Part shown: positions 36,845 through 45,063 of the stretch, piece after piece
Numbering within the stretch: position 1 is the stretch's first letter
Layout: each line of letters opens with the position of its first letter
DNA from: Candidatus Latescibacterota bacterium
GTDB lineage: Bacteria > Latescibacterota > UBA2968 > UBA8231
NCBI GenBank assembly: GCA_965204725.1
Contig: OZ242005.1
Location: 736,001 to 800,000 of the forward strand
Reading direction: 5' to 3'
Length of the DNA: 64,000 bases
Made by a program: the position numbers and the translations under genes
Notes under the pieces: generated by a model
Database searches by the model: none
Seen by the model: the letters and a program-made list of their open reading frames with translations, nothing else
What the model was told of the DNA's origin: nothing

Positions 36845-37345
36845 ATGCGCGTCGCCGTAGCCTATATCTCCCGCCCGTGGGGAGTGCGCGGCGAAGTCCG
36901 GGCCGAGGCGCTGACGCACCGCGTCGCTCGCTTCAGCGACCTGCGGGAGGTCGTCCTCCAATGCGCGGACCGACCCGACCGGCCGCTCGAACTGGAGCGC
37001 TGGCGCACCGACGCCAAGAGCTTGTTGCTCAAATTCGCTGGCATTGACGCCCCCGAACCGGCGCGTTCCATCTTGGTCGGGGGTTATGTAACCATCGCCC
37101 CAGATCAGCGCGATCGTCTGCCGGAAGGTACGCACTACATCGACGATATAGTAGATTGCACGGTCGTCAGTTTGGCCGGGCAACCCTTGGGGCGCGTCGT
37201 CGAGGTCGTATCCATGCCGACTACAGACGCCTACGTGGTCCGCGGCGGCCAAGGCGAAGCCCTCGTGCCGGCCGTCGGCGACTTTGTCGTGGAAATCGCG
37301 CCGGGTCGGGTCGTCGTACAGGGCGTTGAAGAGTTGTTTGGGTGA
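36845..37345 (+). CDS. rimM: Ribosome maturation factor RimM
   Basis: 'ISRPWGVRGEV', 'LKFAGID', 'LPEGTHYIDD', 'LVPAV'; lies between rpsP and trmD. Confidence 0.9.
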   Translation: MRVAVAYISRPWGVRGEVRAEALTHRVARFSDLREVVLQCADRPDRPLELERWRTDAKSLLLKFAGIDAPEPARSILVGGYVTIAPDQRDRLPEGTHYIDDIVDCTVVSLAGQPLGRVVEVVSMPTTDAYVVRGGQGEALVPAVGDFVVEIAPGRVVVQGVEELFG

Positions 37346-37348
37346 GCC

Positions 37349-38089
37349 ATGAAAATAGACATTGTAACGCTCTTTCCCGATTTTTTCGCCTCGCCGTTGG
37401 CGACCAGCCTGATGGCTCGCGCCGTGGACCGCGGCCTACTCGCCATCGAAACCCACAATCCGCGCGATTGCACGACCAACAAACACCGCACCGTGGATGA
37501 CGCCCCGTACGGCGGCGGCGGCGGCATGGTCCTCAAGCCCGAGCCCGTGTACCAGCTTTGGCAGGAGCGGGGTTTAGCGGCCGGTCGCTGCATCTATCTG
37601 ACGGCCGACGGCCAGCCCCTCAACCAAGCCCTCGCCATTGAGCTGGCACTTGAGGAGCGATTGGTGCTGTTGTGCGGGCATTACAAAGGAGTCGATGAGC
37701 GAATTCGCACCGGGCTTATCGACCAAGAAATCTCGATCGGCGACTATGTGCTCACTGGCGGCGAGCCGGCCGCCCTGGTCCTCATCGACTCGGTAGTCCG
37801 GCTCATACCCAACGTCTTAGGCAATTTTTCTTCGGCCTTGGACGACTCATTCCAAGAGGTCGTCCTCGATTGCCCTTGGTACACTCGGCCGGTTGAATTT
37901 CGCGGCCAGCGCGTGCCCGACGCGCTGCTTTCGGGCGATCACGCGCACATAGCACACTGGCGGCGACGCCAAGCCCTGCGGCGCACGTTTGTGCGCCGGC
38001 CCGACTTGCTGCAACAAATCGAACTCGACGAAGAAGAACGACAACTCATCGCCATTTGGCAGGAGCAAGGGCTGGAAGAAGCCCCGTAA
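37349..38089 (+). CDS. trmD: tRNA (m1G37) methyltransferase
   Basis: 'VDDAPYGGGGGMVLKPEP', 'CGHYKGVDER', 'ISIGDYVLTGGE', 'YTRP', 'LLSGDH'. Confidence 0.96.
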   Translation: MKIDIVTLFPDFFASPLATSLMARAVDRGLLAIETHNPRDCTTNKHRTVDDAPYGGGGGMVLKPEPVYQLWQERGLAAGRCIYLTADGQPLNQALAIELALEERLVLLCGHYKGVDERIRTGLIDQEISIGDYVLTGGEPAALVLIDSVVRLIPNVLGNFSSALDDSFQEVVLDCPWYTRPVEFRGQRVPDALLSGDHAHIAHWRRRQALRRTFVRRPDLLQQIELDEEERQLIAIWQEQGLEEAP

Positions 38090-38105
38090 CAAACAAGGTG
38101 ATACA

Positions 38106-38459
38106 ATGGACGCAAGTATCCTGCGCGAACTAACCTCAGACCAGCTCAAAACCGATCTTCCCGAATTCGGCGCGGGCGACACCGTGCGGATACACGTGCG
38201 GGTCATCGAAGGCGACAAGGAGCGCACCCAGATCTTTGAAGGGACCGTCATCCAGCGCAAAGGCAGCGGCATCCAAGAGACCTTTACCGTGCGCAAAATA
38301 TCGCAGGGCATTGCCATCGAGCGCATCTTTCCCATGCACTCGCCGCGCATCACCCAGATCGAGCGTACGCGCGAGGGCCGGGTGCGCCGCGCCCGCCTCT
38401 TTTATCTACGCGGTCGCAAAGGGCGCGCCGCCCGCATCCCCGCCAAGCGACCGCGCTAA
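38106..38459 (+). CDS. rplS: 50S ribosomal protein L19
   Basis: 'PEFGAGDTVRIHVRVIEGDKERTQIFEG', 'GRVRRARLFYLR'. Confidence 0.96.
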   Translation: MDASILRELTSDQLKTDLPEFGAGDTVRIHVRVIEGDKERTQIFEGTVIQRKGSGIQETFTVRKISQGIAIERIFPMHSPRITQIERTREGRVRRARLFYLRGRKGRAARIPAKRPR

Positions 38460-38461
38460 AC

Positions 38462-38689
38462 ATGGCCCAACGCAGCGACTTGCCCTTTACGCGCAAAAAC
38501 TGGTCCTTGGCCATCGCCGGCTTAGCCGTGATCTTGCTCGGCTATGCGTTTTTGCGCATCCCACCGGCCGAGGGCTTCTTCTCCCTCACCCTCGCCCCAG
38601 TGCTCCTAGTCGTCGGCTATTGCGTGTTGATTCCCATGGCGATCTTGGTCCGGGACCGGAAACCGAAGGGCGACGAGTCCGACCCATAG
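38462..38689 (+). CDS. Small two-TM membrane protein (DUF3098-like)
   Basis: 'LPFTRKNW..AIAGLAVILLGY...SLTLAPVLLVVGYCVLIPMAIL'. Confidence 0.7.
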   Translation: MAQRSDLPFTRKNWSLAIAGLAVILLGYAFLRIPPAEGFFSLTLAPVLLVVGYCVLIPMAILVRDRKPKGDESDP

Positions 38690-38731
38690 AACCTCGCGCT
38701 GAGTCCAAGCCAACCCGCCCGGAGCCTGCCC

Positions 38732-39565
38732 ATGACCAGCCCCCAACCCATCCGCGCCGACTACGCCCCCGATCTGTACCGCTACGACACCGAGGCCCAG
38801 CAGGTCCCCCGTTTCGCCGACATCGGCCCCGAGCAGCTAGCCTTCTTCCACCAGCAGGGCTACCTAGCGATAGCCGAGGCGTTTTCTCCGGCCCAAGTCG
38901 CCGACGCGGGCGACGCAGTGTACGACCTGATCGACGGAAAACAGCCCGAATTTCGCGGCGTCCAGCTCGAAGCCGCGGCGCAGGGCCAAAAGCTAACGGG
39001 CGCGGGGCGGCGCGGGGCCGTGCGCAAACTCATGAAATTCGTCGAGTGGGACGAGCGCTTTCAGCCGCTGGCCGCCAGTCCAGAGCTTTTGGCCCTCCTC
39101 GCCCGCCTGATGGGCGACGCGCCGGTTCTCTTTCAAGAGATGGCCTTGCTCAAGCCGCCTAGGGGCCGCGAAAAGCCTTGGCACCAAGACTGCGCGTACT
39201 TCAACTATCCGCTGGGCACTCCCATCATCGGCGTCTGGATCGCCTTAGACCACGCGGGCTTAGACAACGGCTGCCTGCACATCCTGCCCGGTACGCACCG
39301 CGAGGGGCCAGTCAATCACTTCAAGCGCCGCGATTGGCAGATCTGCGACGCGGAGGTCCAGACCGAGCGCGACGTCGTCGTGCCCCTCGCCCCGGGCGGT
39401 TGCCTGCTCTGGCACGGCATGACCCACCACGGCAGCCCGACCAACCCCTCGCAAAAAATGCGCCGCGCCCTACAGTTCCACTACCGACCCGCCAGTACCG
39501 GCCAGATCGACACCGAGGAGCGCATGCAGCACTTCGGCGGCGAAGTCCGCGGCGCCGAGTGCTGA
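38732..39565 (+). CDS. Phytanoyl-CoA dioxygenase (PhyH) family protein
   Basis: 'FFHQQGYL', 'KPWHQD', 'VWIALD....NGCL..LPGTH', 'HHGSPTN', 'RRAL'. Confidence 0.9.
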   Translation: MTSPQPIRADYAPDLYRYDTEAQQVPRFADIGPEQLAFFHQQGYLAIAEAFSPAQVADAGDAVYDLIDGKQPEFRGVQLEAAAQGQKLTGAGRRGAVRKLMKFVEWDERFQPLAASPELLALLARLMGDAPVLFQEMALLKPPRGREKPWHQDCAYFNYPLGTPIIGVWIALDHAGLDNGCLHILPGTHREGPVNHFKRRDWQICDAEVQTERDVVVPLAPGGCLLWHGMTHHGSPTNPSQKMRRALQFHYRPASTGQIDTEERMQHFGGEVRGAEC

Positions 39566-39621
39566 ACGCCACTTCGCCCGGACCTTCATAGCCTCAGCAG
39601 CATTTGAGGAGGGCAAATCCG

Positions 39622-40863
39622 ATGCAATTCATCCAACGCCTTCGCATGGGCGGCGTGCTGTCGTTTCCGCCCGATATGGACTTCTTTGAACTGCAACCAT
39701 TGAACGTCCTTATCGGCCCAAACTCCTCGGGAAAATCGAACTTCATCGAGGTACTGGAACTCTTGCGCGCCACGCCGACGGACTTCGCTGCTGCAATTCG
39801 GGATGGCGGCGGCGCGGAGGAGTGGGTGTGGAAGGGTGATTATGTCGACCAGATGATTGAAGAAGTAATGAAGGGCAGAGACCCAGAAGATGTGGTGGCC
39901 TCGCGTCCCAAGGCCCCAACCATAGAAGTCGAAACCAGTCTGGTTCCGGTAATTGACCAACCATTGCGGTATAGTCTGTCGTTTACCAATACCGGCCCCC
40001 GGCTCAAGATCATCGACGAGGCGGTCGAGGAAGCGACTCCTCAGAGAACTGAGCCGTACTTCTACTACACGTTCCAACAAGGACGCCCAGCGATTTACAT
40101 TCGCGTCCGAACACTGGGTGGACGAATTGAGAAACGCAAATTGCAGTGGGACGAACGCTCACCCGATCAATCCGTTCTTTCCCAGCGCAAGGATCGCGAC
40201 CTCTATCCCGAGCTCTATTGGCTTGGGCGGCAGTTCCAGTCAATCCAGATGTTCCGCGAGTGGACATTTGGCCGTTACGGTGCCCTGCGACAGCCGCAAC
40301 GCGCCGATCTGCCGGAGCACTGGCTGCTTCCCGACTCCAGCAATCTCGCGCTGGTACTCAATCAGATCGAGCACAAGTCTGGACCGATATTCAATCAGTA
40401 TCTGCAACGTTTCTTTCCCCGGTTTGAGCGCATGTCCACCTCAATCTCGGGCGGCACTGTACAGTTTTACCTGCACGAATCCGGCTTCCGTACCCCGATC
40501 CCCGCAACCCGGCTATCCGACGGCACCATCCGCTTCATCGCGCTATTAGCTACGCTGCTAACCCCGGAGCCGCCGCCGTTGGTTTGCATTGAGGAGCCGG
40601 AACTCGGATTGCATCCCGACGCCGTCGCACTACTCGCCGATCTACTCGTCGAAGCCTCCCAACGGATGCAACTCGTGATCACGACGCATTCCGACGCCCT
40701 TGTGTCGGCACTGACCAATCAGCCAGCCGCCATCGTCGCCTGCGAGCGGCCGGGCATCGGCACTGTGTTGCGCCGCCTCGATCCCGAAAAGCTCGCCCAT
40801 TGGCTGAACGATTATCTCCTCGGCGATCTGTGGCGGATGGGCGAGCTTGGGGCCAATCCGTGA
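39622..40863 (+). CDS. ABC/SMC-type AAA ATPase (AAA_21-like)
   Basis: Walker A 'GPNSSGKS', signature 'RLSDGT', Walker B 'CIEEPELGLHP', H-loop 'VITTHS'; GAGGAG RBS. Confidence 0.88.
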   Translation: MQFIQRLRMGGVLSFPPDMDFFELQPLNVLIGPNSSGKSNFIEVLELLRATPTDFAAAIRDGGGAEEWVWKGDYVDQMIEEVMKGRDPEDVVASRPKAPTIEVETSLVPVIDQPLRYSLSFTNTGPRLKIIDEAVEEATPQRTEPYFYYTFQQGRPAIYIRVRTLGGRIEKRKLQWDERSPDQSVLSQRKDRDLYPELYWLGRQFQSIQMFREWTFGRYGALRQPQRADLPEHWLLPDSSNLALVLNQIEHKSGPIFNQYLQRFFPRFERMSTSISGGTVQFYLHESGFRTPIPATRLSDGTIRFIALLATLLTPEPPPLVCIEEPELGLHPDAVALLADLLVEASQRMQLVITTHSDALVSALTNQPAAIVACERPGIGTVLRRLDPEKLAHWLNDYLLGDLWRMGELGANP

Positions 40864-40932
40864 GGGGCATCGCCATCTACATGGAAGGCGGCGGTAAAGG
40901 CCACTCAACCAAGGCCGCTCTTCGCCAAGGCT
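40860..40932 (+). pseudogene. 5' fragment of DUF4276-like (TOPRIM-like) partner gene
   Basis: GTGA overlap with the ATPase stop; translates (M)RGIAIYMEGGGKGHSTKAALRQG, then stops within the alien DNA. Confidence 0.7.
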
Positions 40933-41058
40933 CATAAATCATTCACGGAAATTCATTCACGGAGGTCGATGAAAGCACGTGGAGTTATTCACACGTTTCG
41001 AGGGGCTTAGGGGTCGTTTTGTGGCTATTGGGCTAAAAATCTAACGAGGGGGTTTCGG

Positions 41059-42360
41059 ATGCGTTTTTTGCTGGTTGGTTTGGTTGGCTTAGTGCTGGGC
41101 TGCGGGGATCGGGATCGGTCTGTACCTGCGGGGCCGGCGGCGAAGGTGTCGGCGGACTGTTCGTTGTTTGAGATCCTGTCGGGCAAGGAGGGGTGTGCTG
41201 AGGATCCTTCATTAGATGAGGTGCCAGAGGATTACGAGGCCCCTTCGGACAGCACGATGGCCGCGGTCACAGATACGACTGAGACTGAGACGGTGGATGC
41301 GGACAGTACGGGGGCGGTGGATCCAGAGCCAGTTGTAGCGGATACGACTGAGACAGTGACTGCGGAGCCCGTGTCGGCTACGGATACGTTTGATATAGAG
41401 GTTGTGTTTTTGCCGCCTTCGGGTGGCGCACGGGATTTTACGGATCACGAGAAGCAGTTGGTTCTCAAGGCTGCTCGGCGGTGGGAGGAAAAGTTTTTGC
41501 ATGGAATACCGGCGGCATATCTCAGTGAAGTCGATGCAGGGAAGGATGTTCTGCTGGAAGACGAGTGGCGGATCCGCCTCCCTACGGTCATAGATGACAT
41601 ACATATATTTGTGGCTTCGGAGGATTTGGAGGATTCGGAAGGTGTGCTGTGGGGATCGGTGGGTTTTTTTGGAGATTTTCTGCCAAGACCCGATATGGTA
41701 AACACTCAGCCAATGGGAATAATATCTATAAACGTTGAGAGTATAAGCGAATACCACAAAGACGAAGATCGGTCTGTTTATCGTGCTCGGGCGGATATTA
41801 ATATTGAGGATGTGGTCGCGCATGAGATTGGTCATGTTTTGCAGGGGTCTGAGTGGTGGGATTTTTTAAGGCACGATGCAAGAGACTATCCTTACTTTGA
41901 CGGGTTTCACGCTAAAGATCAGTTTGATTTCTACTTGAGTCAGGGTAGAATCTCTTACACTGGCATCAAGGTTCCTTTGCTTCACGCCGACATTAACAAA
42001 CTGACTCATTGGTATAGCGACTATATGTCTAGGGGGATGGCTAGCGATGGGCGATACCGAGTGTTTGATTTTGGCGGGGCTGGTAATCAGGGTACTTGTT
42101 GGGGTGCGGAGATCATGTCTTATGCTCCGCATCATCCTGATTGCCAAGAGGCTATCAGTCGGGTAACGCTAGGGGCTTTGAAGGATTTGGGTTATCCGGT
42201 CGATATGAGTAAGGCGGAATACTATCGCTTTTTTCGGGACACTATTGTTAAGAATCCTTTTGACCCTGAACGGGGGGGACGTCCCAGTCCTAAGCCCGTG
42301 GTTTCTACGGCTCATTGGTGCGGCGCGAGTCGTGAGGTCGTGGAGCTAGTGCGGTATTAA
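41059..42360 (+). CDS. Lipoprotein zinc metalloprotease, leishmanolysin (M8)-like
   Basis: Lipobox 'LVLGC'; acidic Thr-rich linker; 'KAARRWE', 'VAHEIGHVL', 'KVPL', 'THW', 'EIMS', 'ISRVTLGALKDLGYPVD'. Confidence 0.72.
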   Translation: MRFLLVGLVGLVLGCGDRDRSVPAGPAAKVSADCSLFEILSGKEGCAEDPSLDEVPEDYEAPSDSTMAAVTDTTETETVDADSTGAVDPEPVVADTTETVTAEPVSATDTFDIEVVFLPPSGGARDFTDHEKQLVLKAARRWEEKFLHGIPAAYLSEVDAGKDVLLEDEWRIRLPTVIDDIHIFVASEDLEDSEGVLWGSVGFFGDFLPRPDMVNTQPMGIISINVESISEYHKDEDRSVYRARADINIEDVVAHEIGHVLQGSEWWDFLRHDARDYPYFDGFHAKDQFDFYLSQGRISYTGIKVPLLHADINKLTHWYSDYMSRGMASDGRYRVFDFGGAGNQGTCWGAEIMSYAPHHPDCQEAISRVTLGALKDLGYPVDMSKAEYYRFFRDTIVKNPFDPERGGRPSPKPVVSTAHWCGASREVVELVRY

Positions 42361-42415
42361 GGCGATTGGTGCGGCGCGAGTCGTGAGGTCGTGGAGCTAG
42401 TGCGGTATTAAGGCG
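42314..42415 (+). repeat. Perfect 51-bp tandem duplication spanning the protease 3' end
   Basis: attggtgcggcgcgagtcgtgaggtcgtggagctagtgcggtattaaggcg at 42314-42364 and 42365-42415. Confidence 0.95.
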
Positions 42416-42537
42416 GGTAGCGGTCTCGCTTGACCGGGCTGGTTAGGGCTTGTTGTCGCTTGTTTGGACGGACTGGTTAGGTGTCTTTGGAGCTGGAACG
42501 CGCCACGGGGCGTTGAGGGGGGCGAGGGGGGCATGGC

Positions 42538-43203
42538 TTGGAGGAACACAACGAACAGGCCGCGAGGAGGTTGGCATTGTACCATAAAGTATCGGCTATA
42601 CTTATTGTGCTCCTGTGTGCGCTAGTGTTTTTGTATAGTGATTTGGTTGACGACAATCTGTCGCTGATAGAAAAGCAGCGCGATCTGATAGACGAACTAT
42701 CCAGAAGTTTGGCAACAAAAGAAGTTGTGCGGGACACCGTGGTTGTTGCGACGAAGCCTGTTGTTAAGCGGGTGGTGGTACGAGATACGGTGCGGGACAC
42801 CGTGGTTGTTGCGGCGAAGCCTGTTGTTAAGCGGGTGGTGGTACGAGATACGGTGCGGGACACCGTGCTCATTCCCACCGCACAAACAGCCGCTCGTGCG
42901 GAGCTGGGTCGTCGGGGTATCGCCTATACGGGCAATGCGTTTCATGATGCGGCTAGGGCGGGCAACTTAGAAGTGGTGCGGCTGTTCGTAATGGCGGGTA
43001 TGTCTCTTGAGGCTTATGACCTCCTCCGCTTTACGGCTTTGCATTTGGCGGCGGCGAATGGTCATTTGGAGGTTGTGAAGTTTTTGGTGGGTGCGGGGGC
43101 GCGCGTCACGGCTACGACCGTCAACGGCCGGACGGCTCGGGACTGGGCGGCGAGGGGGGGTCATAGGGACATAGCGAATTATTTGCGGTCGGTGGGCGGT
43201 TAG
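42538..43203 (+). CDS. Membrane-anchored ankyrin-repeat protein with coiled coil and Val-rich repeat stalk
   Basis: TM 'ILIVLLCALVFLY'; 21-aa repeats; ANK motifs 'FHDAARAGNLEVVRLFV.AG' and 'TALHLAAANGHLEVVKFLVGAGA'. Start codon uncertain (TTG). Confidence 0.8.
   Translation: MEEHNEQAARRLALYHKVSAILIVLLCALVFLYSDLVDDNLSLIEKQRDLIDELSRSLATKEVVRDTVVVATKPVVKRVVVRDTVRDTVVVAAKPVVKRVVVRDTVRDTVLIPTAQTAARAELGRRGIAYTGNAFHDAARAGNLEVVRLFVMAGMSLEAYDLLRFTALHLAAANGHLEVVKFLVGAGARVTATTVNGRTARDWAARGGHRDIANYLRSVGG
42727..42867 (+). repeat. 63-bp coding tandem repeat (2 copies + partial)
   Basis: VRDTVVVA[T/A]KPVVKRVVVRDT at 42727-42789 and 42790-42852, partial to 42867; one mismatch between the full copies. Confidence 0.95.
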
Positions 43204-43255
43204 GCTATCAGGGTCTTTCTCCCGCTTACGCGGACCGTGCGGTTGGTGTGTTGGG

Positions 43256-43743
43256 AAACTGGTCTGTTGCGACCCACGCAACGAGGCATTCCAACGCTTT
43301 CAAGCTGCTGTCAACAATAGGGACGCTACGGTGCATGTCTTGCTAGTGGACGCAGAAGGGCCGGTGAACAAGCACCCCGACGCCACCTGCGAGACCGGGA
43401 CGGATGGAATCTGAGCTTTACCGGCGAAAATACCGTTCACCTCATGGTGCAGACGATGGAAACTTGGATCGTCGCAGACCCGGCGGCTCTGAAAAGCTAC
43501 AACGGAAACAAAGGCTTCAAGGTCGAGAAACTACCGAGCGCACCAGACCTTGAGACTGTGCCCAAGGCTGACGTTGAAAGCTCCCTGCGCGAAGTGACTA
43601 CGGGCACCCAGAAGGGGCGTTACCAAAAGATCAAACATGCGAGCGATTTGCTGAAACGGATTGACGTGGAAAGAGTGAAGGATCGGTGCCGTCACTGCCG
43701 ACGGTTGTTCGACAAGCTCAGGCAGATAATCAATGCGGCGTGA
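43256..43743 (+). pseudogene. 3' fragment of DUF4276-like gene with a frameshift near 43370
   Basis: KLVCCDPRNEAFQRF...VLLVDAEGPV in one frame, then RHLRDRDGW...VHLMVQTMETWIVAD...YQKIKHAS...CRHCRRLF in another. Confidence 0.75.
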
Positions 43744-43802
43744 CGTAAGTTTAGATCGCGATGCCCTCTTGAGCTTTTTCTCGGAAACACAGATTTCAAA
43801 CT

Positions 43803-44672
43803 TCACCCCGCCTCCAAGCGCAACGTCGCCGCGTCGATAAAACCGCCCTCCACGTGGCGCGCAGCCAATGCCGCAGCGCGCTGAGCGACCGTAGCAATCT
43901 CCGCCCCTCGGTGCAGGCGATGCGCTATGTACGCAGCGAAAAACACGTCCCCAGCTCCAGTGGGATCAGCGACCGTCGCCACCGGAGCCGATGCAAACTT
44001 CGTCCGCAGCCCCGGCCAACTAGCGACCCAGCCGCCGTGCGAACCTTCGGTGACGACCCACTCTGTCACCGAACAATCGCGCATCAACTGGTCCAGCGTC
44101 AGGCCACAATCCGCGAGCACGAGTTCTAATTCGTCGTGGTCCGCTTTGACATAGTCCGCGCATTGCAGGGCGGCATACAAACCTTTAGCAACTCCCCGGC
44201 CCACCTGCGTCCCCTCAATCTGCCGCACATAGCCTTGGATATCTAAGCTCACCCGCACGCGACCCCCGATTGCCGCCAGCACCTCCTCGGCCAAGTCATC
44301 TGGATGCAGCGGCCCCAAATGCACGTGCTCCACACCGGCGAGCACCGGACCGAGTTGGGCTGTGGCAATCGGCGCGGCGCGAGCGAGCAACACCTGACGC
44401 CGGGCGTCGCCATCGACGTAGTTGACAAACCGGGTCGTCGCCGCGCTCTCGCCCACATAGACAGCAATACCCCGTTGCTGCAACACGGCCAGCATCGCCC
44501 GATCGGCCGCAGCAACGTTGGTCAACACCTGCGTCTTTACGCCCAACTCGGCAAAGGTCAGCCCAGCATACGCGACCACGCCCCCGCGTTTATACGCCTC
44601 TGCGCCGCCTTGGACCACGCAGTCAATCGTCGCCGAGCCAATGACTGCCACCGCGCCCACCTCAGACCTCAT
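43803..44672 (-). CDS. PfkB-family carbohydrate kinase
   Basis: 'GGVVAY', 'LDIQG', 'VKADHDE', 'VTEGSHG', 'DPTGAGDVF'. Confidence 0.88.
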   Translation of the reverse strand: MRSEVGAVAVIGSATIDCVVQGGAEAYKRGGVVAYAGLTFAELGVKTQVLTNVAAADRAMLAVLQQRGIAVYVGESAATTRFVNYVDGDARRQVLLARAAPIATAQLGPVLAGVEHVHLGPLHPDDLAEEVLAAIGGRVRVSLDIQGYVRQIEGTQVGRGVAKGLYAALQCADYVKADHDELELVLADCGLTLDQLMRDCSVTEWVVTEGSHGGWVASWPGLRTKFASAPVATVADPTGAGDVFFAAYIAHRLHRGAEIATVAQRAAALAARHVEGGFIDAATLRLEAG

Positions 44673-44838
44673 CTTGAGCAACGCGCAGACAGACCACCTC
44701 GCGCCAAGCTGTGATAAACAGGATCATCCGGTCCCCTTTCTTCGCACAACGGGCGGCCCGAGGAATTTACCCCTCTTGGGCCGCTGTTTATTTTTATACT
44801 CGTCAATAAAGGGAAAAACCCGACAAGAGGAGCAAGCC

Positions 44839-45063
44839 GTGCAGCACCGCCACTTGAACCACCAACGCTTTACGCTCGCCGCCATAGACGACGTGATCCG
44901 TCGAGGCCGCTGGCGCGACTGGGCCGAGCTGCGCCGAGCGGCTCTTGACGACCAGGCCCTACTCGACAAAATCGAGCGCGTCTGCACCCATTGCGCCGCC
45001 CCGTCCGCCCAGCGTCATCGCTTTTGGCTACACTATGTCAAAAAACACCGCGCCGCTTCCTGA
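44839..45063 (+). CDS. 74-aa protein, probable antitoxin of the downstream nucleotidyltransferase
   Basis: GTG with GAGGAG RBS; (M)QHRHLNHQRFTLAAIDDVIRRGRWRDWAELR...; overlaps the next gene by 29 nt. Confidence 0.65.
   Translation: MQHRHLNHQRFTLAAIDDVIRRGRWRDWAELRRAALDDQALLDKIERVCTHCAAPSAQRHRFWLHYVKKHRAAS

Larger units (their letters stand above)
40931..43255. mobile_element. Alien ~2.3-kb insertion carrying two cargo genes and no mobility gene
   Basis: Abrupt switch to G/T-rich, C-poor + strand and T/G-ending codons; flanked by the two halves of the DUF4276-like gene. Boundaries approximate. Confidence 0.7.

Noticed and set aside
42314-42867. CRISPR-like repeats
   Set aside because: Repeats are directly adjacent with no unique spacers, two copies only, and no cas genes.
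43444-43743. Independent 99-aa gene
   Set aside because: It is the post-frameshift tail of the interrupted DUF4276-like gene.
44660-44740. Minus-strand mini-ORF MILFITAWREVVCLRVAQDEV with an RBS upstream of pfkB
   Set aside because: Too short and unrecognisable; possibly a truncated gene start, but it cannot be supported.
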